From Candidatus Fermentibacteraceae bacterium (GTDB lineage Bacteria; Fermentibacterota; Fermentibacteria; Fermentibacterales; JCC-6), in assembly GCA_016936235.1 (NCBI GenBank), contig JAFGPK010000005.1, positions 2,133-66,132 of the forward strand: a DNA stretch of 64,000 nt. The letters are read 5' to 3'. The position numbers were made by a program, and so were the translations under genes. The stretch's first letter is position 1. Each line of letters starts with the position of its first letter. The notes under the pieces are model-generated. The model worked only from the letters and a program-made list of their open reading frames with translations, did no database searches and had not been told where the DNA came from. Positions 47,477 to 54,379 of this stretch are shown piece after piece.

Positions 47477-49690
47477 TTGATGTCCGCTAGAACAAGGAAT
47501 CTCCTTACAGTCCTATCTCTGGCCGCCGCCCTTGCCGCCGGCTTCGCGTTCAGGAGCTGGTTCATCTCCACCGTAATGCCCCCCCCCGGGAGAATGCAGG
47601 CCGAGACCACCCAGGCCTACAGATACGCCAGGATGTTTTCCTCGAGGGGTGAGATCCCCCAGCTGGATACCCTGGTGATGCATCCCGAAGGAATGATGAC
47701 TTCCCAGAACTCGGTGTTCGAGGAATACCTTGCCGGAGGACTGCACAGGGTGACAGGAGGAGATTTCGATGACTTCATAGGGATATTCTGCCTTCTGTTC
47801 CCGCTGCTTGCGATCATCTTCCTGTTCCTGTGGATGGTGTCGGCCGGTTACGAAAGACTGCCGGCGCTTGCCGCATCATCCCTGTACGGTTTCCTCCTGC
47901 CGGCAATACTCCGTGCCAGGGGCGAGTCCCTCTACAGGGAGACCGTAGCTCTGCCCATGCTCATCGCCCTGGGCTGGCTGACCGAGAAGTCCCTGGGAGC
48001 CGGAGAGGAAAGCAACGGGAAGACGTATCCCATAGCGGCGGGAATACTCCTCCTTGGATGCCTGGCCGCGTGGAAGGTGACGGCCTTCATATCCTTCTTC
48101 CTTCTGCTGTACCTGCTCTGGAGGAACTGGAGAAGGGGGGACGTGCCTTTTGCGTTGAGGATATCGCTGGCAGCGGCACAGATCGGAGGGTCTCTCCTTC
48201 TCCCTCACATGAGGCACGACACAGCTCTTCTGAGCCCGGCAACGGCAATCGCGGTCTTCCTTCTGCTGCCGAGACTCAAATCGGTATGGTTCCCTTTGGG
48301 TTTCACTCTCCTTGCTGCGGGATCCGCCATCGTCGGAAAGGGTGCCACCGGCCATGTGGCATCGGTCATCACCGCTAAGCTCAGGTTCCTTTTCTCACAT
48401 CCCGAGGACCCGTCACTGCTCTCGGACGATGCGAGGATATTCTGGGTGCCCGGGTACACCAGTCCCTCTCCGGCGCAGGTTCTGTTTCTCTTCGGCATAC
48501 CCCTGCTGGCCGCCGCCCCGGGGCTCGTCCGCTTCTGGCGGGAGAAGAGGCGGATGCTCTTCTTCTGGCTTCTTCCCCTTTCCCTTGCCGGGTACCTCTT
48601 CTTCGACAGGCTCATGATCTTCCTGGCGGTGGCGCTGCTGCCCGTGATCGCGCTCTCCTTCAGAAGGAGATGGCTCCTGTTCCCGGTTGCCGCCGTGATC
48701 ATACTGCAGTCAGCCGTTCCCGGGAGGATAGCTTCCCTGATAGCATCCAGCGGTCTGGAGTTCCAGGATTCCTCGTCACTCCTCAACGACGGGGAGCTGG
48801 ACTCCTTCCTGGCCTGGCTCCGGAACGAGACATCCGAGGATGATGCCGTTCTGAGCTTCTGGCACATATCAGGCCTGGTTTCCGCCTACGCGCAGCGCCC
48901 TGTGGTGACCCACACCTTCTTCGAGAACCTGGAGAACCGGAGGACGATAATGCGCTTCGCCCGGTCAGTGTTCATGCCCGAGGACAGCCTGGTTTCATTC
49001 ATGCGGGAGGTGGACTGCGACCTGCTGGTGTACCAGGCGGATTTCCTCCTGGACAGGAGCAGCAGCGGACTGCTCTACCTGGCGGGTCTCGTGGAAGTCC
49101 CGGACAGCGCGGTTGCGTGGCTTCTGCAGTACCGCCCTGAAGGCCTCGATTCCCTCGTCCCGATGTACCAGGGGCCATCTCTCAGAGTGTTCGGCTTTGA
49201 CGGTCCCGGGCGGAACCTTCGAAGGAGCTTCCTCTTCCAGGAGAGGTACGCGCACTGCTACAAAGGGTACGACGAGGCCAGGGCTATACTGGCCGACCCC
49301 AGGGGCTGGTCGGGATACCTTGCGGACAGGGGCATCGAGATGAACGATCCCGACATGCTCTCCGGCGCCCTGCTGCTGGGCCTGGAGGGCGGAGGACCGG
49401 AGGATGTCACCGGTATGATGCTGAACGACCTTATCCAGTTGTATATTAGGGGAAGCTACGATCTCGACGATCTTGCCGAGGACGTTGACGGTTTCACCTG
49501 GTTCTGCGGGCCCAGACCCGACCTGCGACTCCTGATGGGCAGGTTGTATGCATCGGAAGGCCGCCTGTCCAGTGCCTGCGACCAGTACAGGATGGTCCTC
49601 CTGGACGATCCGGGGAATACGGAAGCCTCGGCTGAACTGCGAATGATCATTGATGAGATGGGTACCCTGATGGAAGAGGCTGTGGAATGA
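47477..49690 (+). CDS. GT-C membrane glycosyltransferase, DPY19/STT3-like, with C-terminal TPR-like helices
   Basis: About 11-13 TM segments; QAETTQAYRY, YRETVALP, HVASVITAKL, LAWLRNETSEDDAV, RPVVTHTFFEN; no WWDYG motif. Confidence 0.7.
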   Translation: MMSARTRNLLTVLSLAAALAAGFAFRSWFISTVMPPPGRMQAETTQAYRYARMFSSRGEIPQLDTLVMHPEGMMTSQNSVFEEYLAGGLHRVTGGDFDDFIGIFCLLFPLLAIIFLFLWMVSAGYERLPALAASSLYGFLLPAILRARGESLYRETVALPMLIALGWLTEKSLGAGEESNGKTYPIAAGILLLGCLAAWKVTAFISFFLLLYLLWRNWRRGDVPFALRISLAAAQIGGSLLLPHMRHDTALLSPATAIAVFLLLPRLKSVWFPLGFTLLAAGSAIVGKGATGHVASVITAKLRFLFSHPEDPSLLSDDARIFWVPGYTSPSPAQVLFLFGIPLLAAAPGLVRFWREKRRMLFFWLLPLSLAGYLFFDRLMIFLAVALLPVIALSFRRRWLLFPVAAVIILQSAVPGRIASLIASSGLEFQDSSSLLNDGELDSFLAWLRNETSEDDAVLSFWHISGLVSAYAQRPVVTHTFFENLENRRTIMRFARSVFMPEDSLVSFMREVDCDLLVYQADFLLDRSSSGLLYLAGLVEVPDSAVAWLLQYRPEGLDSLVPMYQGPSLRVFGFDGPGRNLRRSFLFQERYAHCYKGYDEARAILADPRGWSGYLADRGIEMNDPDMLSGALLLGLEGGGPEDVTGMMLNDLIQLYIRGSYDLDDLAEDVDGFTWFCGPRPDLRLLMGRLYASEGRLSSACDQYRMVLLDDPGNTEASAELRMIIDEMGTLMEEAVE

Positions 49691-50517
49691 GCATCAAGTT
49701 CGTAAAGATGAGCGGGGCCGGGAACGATTTCATAGTCCTCGAAAACCTCGAAGGTTCGCTGGACCCCTTCCTCACCCGCGGTACAATCAGCTCCCTCTGC
49801 AGAAGAGGGTTGTCCGTTGGCGCTGACGGTCTTATCCAGCTCCGGCGGGATTCAGAGCTCCCCTTCAGGATGAAGTACTACAACAGTGACGGTGAACCCG
49901 CCGGAATGTGCGGTAACGGAGGGCGATGCATAGCTGTATTCGCAGCGTCCAGAGGATTTGTCGAGAGGGAGGTCGATTTCCATTTCAGAAGCGACGCCGG
50001 AATACACAGGGCCAGGGTGCTGGGCGATGACGAGGCCAGGATATGGATGACGGAACCGATGGTGCATTTCCTGGCAAGGGATCTCCTGGCCGGAGCCAGC
50101 GATGTTCGGGTATCCTTCGTTGACACCGGAGTGCCGCATGCGGTTGTGATGGCCGACGAGCCGGACACTCCTGACTTCATCACCACCGCACCTCTTCTGA
50201 GAAGGCACGAAGCATTCGGGGCCGCAGGGGCGAATGTAGACTACCTCTGGAGAGGCGACTCCGTAATGCGCATCAGGACATGGGAACGGGGAGTGGAGGG
50301 CGAGACACTGGCATGCGGCACGGGAGCCGTGGCCTGTGCCATATGCGCCAGGGACCTGCTGGGTGCACAGCTACCGCTGGAGCTGCGCGTTCAAAGCGGA
50401 AAGATCCTGACTGTGGGAATGGACGGAAATGGCTGGTGGCTCCAGGGTGAGGCCAGGGAGGTCTATTCGGGTATTCTGAGAGCACTGCCCGCCTGGAGCT
50501 TGACGGAGGACCCATGA
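49687..50517 (+). CDS. dapF: diaminopimelate epimerase
   Basis: KMSGAGNDF, MCGNGGRC, GVPHAV, ERGVEGETLACGTG. Confidence 0.96.
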   Translation: MSIKFVKMSGAGNDFIVLENLEGSLDPFLTRGTISSLCRRGLSVGADGLIQLRRDSELPFRMKYYNSDGEPAGMCGNGGRCIAVFAASRGFVEREVDFHFRSDAGIHRARVLGDDEARIWMTEPMVHFLARDLLAGASDVRVSFVDTGVPHAVVMADEPDTPDFITTAPLLRRHEAFGAAGANVDYLWRGDSVMRIRTWERGVEGETLACGTGAVACAICARDLLGAQLPLELRVQSGKILTVGMDGNGWWLQGEAREVYSGILRALPAWSLTEDP

Positions 50518-50543
50518 GCACCTATTCATTCGCAGATGACGGA

Positions 50544-50619
50544 GCGGGTATAACTCAGTTGGCAGAGTGTCAGCTTCCCAAGCTGAATGTCGCGGGTTCG
50601 ATCCCCGTTACCCGCTCCA
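50544..50619 (+). tRNA. tRNA-Gly (anticodon CCC)
   Basis: 76-nt cloverleaf: acceptor GCGGGTA/TACCCGC, anticodon stem TCAGC/GCTGA with loop TTCCCAA, GGTTCGA T-loop, discriminator T, encoded CCA. Confidence 0.97.
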
Positions 50620-50621
50620 TC

Positions 50622-51209
50622 GTGCTGTTCTTTCTTCTGATGCTGATCCCGGTGCCTGCCGTCGCCCGGGTCCTTCCCGTAATCGATGACTTCTGGACGG
50701 AAGCCTCGGGTTCTCACCTCGCCGCCGATTCCTTCACCGTCGGGTCTGTGAGCGAGACGGCCCTGAAAAGCCAGATGGGAAACGGCAACCGGACAGCCCT
50801 GATCCATCTTATCCGCCTCCTGGTCGCACAGGGTCGCATCAGCGAGGCTGAAGCGTGGATGGAGGGCGGTGGAAGAGTGATACCGGTCACGAGGAGGGAT
50901 CTCGGAATCGCCCTTTCGTGGTACGGCCGGTTCGAGTTCTACGGTATACTCAGCACAGGACTCACCGTGCCCCCTGACCTCGAGGACGACGACTATGGAA
51001 CCACCCTGGCGGCCATAGTCGGCATGGGCTGGATGGACACCTCATCGGACGGCCGGTTCCATCCTGACCTTCTTGTGGGAGGGCGGGACCTGGAACTGCT
51101 TGCAGGTGTTTTCTTTCCCCGCAACATTGACTGGGACAGGGAATGGATAAGCATGGGCTCTCTCGACAGTCTGTTCGCCGAAGGCATAAGGCAGGGTGTC
51201 TCACGGTGA
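50622..51209 (+). CDS. hypothetical exported protein
   Basis: Called ORF 50514..51209 trimmed to after the tRNA; signal-peptide-like VLFFLLMLIPVPAVA; its stop overlaps the next gene's start. Confidence 0.55.
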   Translation: MLFFLLMLIPVPAVARVLPVIDDFWTEASGSHLAADSFTVGSVSETALKSQMGNGNRTALIHLIRLLVAQGRISEAEAWMEGGGRVIPVTRRDLGIALSWYGRFEFYGILSTGLTVPPDLEDDDYGTTLAAIVGMGWMDTSSDGRFHPDLLVGGRDLELLAGVFFPRNIDWDREWISMGSLDSLFAEGIRQGVSR

Positions 51210-51847
51210 CCTCGGAATCCGGCAGCGGCTGGAGCATCATGAGGCAGCTTAAGCTGGAGGTCCAGGAACGGGCTCAGCAGATAGCCGGCAGCTTTGCCCT
51301 TGTCCCTGCCCTGATAACCTGGTTCAGATTCATCGCGGCGGTTCTTCTGATAGTCGTTGTGTACGGGTCCGGGGACACCGGTGTGATATTCTGGATAATA
51401 CTTGCCGGAGCCATGTCGGATTACCTCGACGGCTGGGTAGCCAGAAGGATGAAGAGGAACACCTACCCCGGCAAGGTCATGGACTTCATCGCGGACAAGC
51501 TGTTCATCTCCGTGGCCATGATAACAGTGGCCTTCAACCTCGGGGGGCTGGACACATTCGCGGCCAGCATTCTCACGGCTTACCATCTCCTCCTTCTGTT
51601 TTCACTTTCGGTCATCTCATGGAGCGTGCATGTTCCAGTAGTGACCATAACCACGGGAGAGCGACTGGCGATACTCTTCAGTTACCTTCTGCTGATAACG
51701 GCCACGGGCAGGATGGCTTTTCCGCAGAAGCAGATCTTCAGCTCCCTGTACACACCGCTGATGATAATCGCGCTGCTCTCCGCATTGACAGGCCTTCTCA
51801 GTTACATGAGGTTGCTGAGACGGATCCTGGCGAGAATCCTGGAGTAG
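51206..51847 (+). CDS. CDP-alcohol phosphatidyltransferase family protein
   Basis: SDYLDGWVAR......PGKVMDFIADK signature; about 6 TM segments. Confidence 0.88.
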   Translation: MTSESGSGWSIMRQLKLEVQERAQQIAGSFALVPALITWFRFIAAVLLIVVVYGSGDTGVIFWIILAGAMSDYLDGWVARRMKRNTYPGKVMDFIADKLFISVAMITVAFNLGGLDTFAASILTAYHLLLLFSLSVISWSVHVPVVTITTGERLAILFSYLLLITATGRMAFPQKQIFSSLYTPLMIIALLSALTGLLSYMRLLRRILARILE

Positions 51848-51850
51848 ACA

Positions 51851-52528
51851 ATGCACTTTGGTCTGATTCTGCTTTCACTGATCATGTCCGAAGGGACCCG
51901 GCTGGAGGCTTCCGGTGATTTTACCGGAGCCGGAAGAGCCTACTACGAAGAGGGTGATCTGGCAGGTGAGGTGCGAATACTCACACGTTTCATAGAAGAA
52001 TCCCTCTATTCGGGTAACAGCGTTCACGCCTTCGACCTTATTAGGCAGGTGGAGAATCTCCCGCTCGAGACGGGCTGCATAGATTTCTGGTACGCCAGGC
52101 TCGCCTGGAGCTGCGGTCTTCCGGAGTACTCCTGTGCGGCTCTGGATTCGGTGGATGGCTCCCCCTGGCTGGAGATGCGGGCTGCAGGACTCGCATCCCT
52201 GTTCCGCGGGGACCCTGATGAAGCCGTGGAATTATTCGCCGGTTCAATGGAACTGGCGGGTTCCGCAAGACAGAAGTACTACTCGGCACTGGACCTGAGT
52301 TTCGCCCTGGTTTCAGCCCGCCGGTTCGAAGAGGCCGAGGAGATAGCTGTCCTGCTCTCGGGAGGGTTCCCCGGGGAAGGTCTGCCTCTGGCGGCACTGG
52401 CACTCAGCATGCAGGGTCAGGGCAGGTTCGGCCAGGCGATGGCCGTGCTGGAATCGGTCTATACATCATCGCAGTACTCCTTCATATCCCGGGACTTCGC
52501 CAGGTCCCTGATGGAGGACCTGGAATGA
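51851..52528 (+). CDS. hypothetical helical-repeat (TPR-like) protein
   Basis: Hydrophobic N-terminus; repeated G...EA.. helical pairs; operonic spacing. Confidence 0.6.
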   Translation: MHFGLILLSLIMSEGTRLEASGDFTGAGRAYYEEGDLAGEVRILTRFIEESLYSGNSVHAFDLIRQVENLPLETGCIDFWYARLAWSCGLPEYSCAALDSVDGSPWLEMRAAGLASLFRGDPDEAVELFAGSMELAGSARQKYYSALDLSFALVSARRFEEAEEIAVLLSGGFPGEGLPLAALALSMQGQGRFGQAMAVLESVYTSSQYSFISRDFARSLMEDLE

Positions 52529-53448
52529 CGGATCCTCTGAGCAGGATGTTCGGAAGGATGAGATCGAAGAAAGGGACCGGCACAGGCAGGGACAGGATGA
52601 TGCACCTTCCCGCGGATATCCGGAAACCCGGCGGACTGGTTCTCTTTTCCGGACCCATGGAGTCCGACGTATGGCCCGCCCTGTACATGGCCAATACCCT
52701 TCAGAAAGGTTTTCCAGACGTTGAGCTGGACGTCATATGCCCCAGGAGGGACAACGGGCTGTTCAGCATGCTCAGCTGGAGGCCTCCGGTCCACTGCTAC
52801 AGCGGCAAACCGGCCATCCCCGAGACTCTGGACAGGGACAGGCTGAATCAGAACACCGTATTCTACTACCCGTACCCGAAGGTCATCGAATCCGACAGAG
52901 ACCTGCTGGCCGGTATCTCCTGCGGGGTTCGGATAGCCCCCCTCGACCATCCGTCACCGCTGGTGAACCTCACCGTCAGGACTGAAAGCCCATACTTCCC
53001 GGAGAAGCTGGAACAGATGTGCCGGATGCTGGGCCTGACCTACGACAAGGAATGGAGACCCGTGGTCCAGACCCACGCGGAGAGGGCGGCGGAGCAGAAG
53101 ATGGCTCCGGTAACTGGAAGGATGCTGCCGTACATTGTAACAACCTCCTCGGCCCTCTCAATACTGGAAAGGAGCAGGGCCGAGATCCCTCTCAGGACGG
53201 TCTCCCTGGCGGGCAAGAACAGCGACCTCTGCGACCTGGACAGGGAGCTGAAGACGGCCATTGTGGCCGGAGCCTCTGCGGTGGCTACGGACAACGATGA
53301 CCTCTGGGGCGACGCATGTGCTTTCGATGTCCCCGTTATCGGACTCGACAGGCTTGGTGATTTCATAAAATGGCATGGGCTCGAGGCTTCACGGCAGGAG
53401 AGCGATTTCGTCGAAGCCTGGGTCGCGCTGCTGAAGAGAGGGTGGTAG
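52525..53448 (+). CDS. hypothetical protein, degenerate GT9-like
   Basis: L.KGFPDVELDVIC, AIVAGASAVATDND, ACAFDVPVIGL echo the GT9 fold; canonical LGD and DSG..H motifs are missing. Confidence 0.5.
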   Translation: MTDPLSRMFGRMRSKKGTGTGRDRMMHLPADIRKPGGLVLFSGPMESDVWPALYMANTLQKGFPDVELDVICPRRDNGLFSMLSWRPPVHCYSGKPAIPETLDRDRLNQNTVFYYPYPKVIESDRDLLAGISCGVRIAPLDHPSPLVNLTVRTESPYFPEKLEQMCRMLGLTYDKEWRPVVQTHAERAAEQKMAPVTGRMLPYIVTTSSALSILERSRAEIPLRTVSLAGKNSDLCDLDRELKTAIVAGASAVATDNDDLWGDACAFDVPVIGLDRLGDFIKWHGLEASRQESDFVEAWVALLKRGW

Positions 53449-53449
53449 C

Positions 53450-54379
53450 ATTTCCCTTGTCGTCAGAACGCCGAACTGGCTCGGGGACCTCGTCATGGCC
53501 CTTCCAGCCCTTTCTATGCTGGCCGGCTGCCATCCTGATGTGGTTTTCTGGGTGCATCCCAGGGTAGCGGGTCTCCTTCCGGTCTTCTTTCCCGATGCCG
53601 GGATTCGCACCGGCTCCAGGTTCCCCGGGAACGCGAACGACCGACTGCTCCTCATGACAGGCTCATTCAGGTCGGCGCTGCAGGGATTTCTGTCCAGAAT
53701 ACCGGTAAGGACGGGATACGGGACGGATATGAGGCGGTTGCTGCTTACCGAATCCCTCGAACCGCCCGCCGGAAGGGAACATCATCATTCGGAGGATTAC
53801 ATCAGGCTTGCTTCGGCCATCGGGTGCCGTGCTCGACCGGCTGTTGTGAAGCCCTGCGTGGAGCCCCTGGGTGCACCTCATGCGGCGTTCTTCCCCGGAG
53901 CCAGGTACGGAAGCGCCAAGAGGTGGGGGGGGTTCGGAGAACTGGCCTCACTCGTTGCGGTGAGTACGGGGCTGCCGGTGGTCCTCTACGGTTCCGAAGG
54001 CGAGGAGGAGGAGCTGAGAGTAACCGCCAGGGGCAGAGAAGCATGTTCTGTGGAGGCGGGACTGGAACTCCCCGTGCTGGTATCGAGGCTGCTGAAGTCG
54101 GTCCTGACTGTGGGCAACGATTCAGGCGGCGTCCATCTCTCTGCGCTCCTCGGTGTTCCAACGGTGACCGTATTCGGATCCACGTCGCCCCTCTGGACGG
54201 CACCGTCGGGCATGTTCACGGCGGAAGTCACATCCTCCAGGGAGTGTTCTCCCTGCTTCAGGCGCGATTGCCCGAAGGGCCGCGCCGCATGCCTTTCCGA
54301 CATTACCCCTCGAATGGTCCTGGATGAATCTCTCGGCCTCCTCCGCAAGTCCGGAGCGGCGGTTTCTTCACATGTCTGA
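53450..54379 (+). CDS. waaF: ADP-heptose:LPS heptosyltransferase II (GT9)
   Basis: In-frame VRTPNWLGDLVMA upstream of the called ATG, PGA.YGSAKRW, NDSGGVHLSA, FGSTSP, CSPCF.R.CP; start proposed at ATT 53450. Confidence 0.8.
   Translation: MSLVVRTPNWLGDLVMALPALSMLAGCHPDVVFWVHPRVAGLLPVFFPDAGIRTGSRFPGNANDRLLLMTGSFRSALQGFLSRIPVRTGYGTDMRRLLLTESLEPPAGREHHHSEDYIRLASAIGCRARPAVVKPCVEPLGAPHAAFFPGARYGSAKRWGGFGELASLVAVSTGLPVVLYGSEGEEEELRVTARGREACSVEAGLELPVLVSRLLKSVLTVGNDSGGVHLSALLGVPTVTVFGSTSPLWTAPSGMFTAEVTSSRECSPCFRRDCPKGRAACLSDITPRMVLDESLGLLRKSGAAVSSHV

Noticed and set aside
47477-49690. Standard PglB/AglB oligosaccharyltransferase
   Set aside because: WWDYG is absent and the C-terminal motifs resemble DPY19 more closely; not fully excluded without an HMM search.
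50544-50619. tRNA-Gly as the integration site of a genomic island
   Set aside because: I saw no duplicated tRNA 3' end, integrase or compositional shift nearby.
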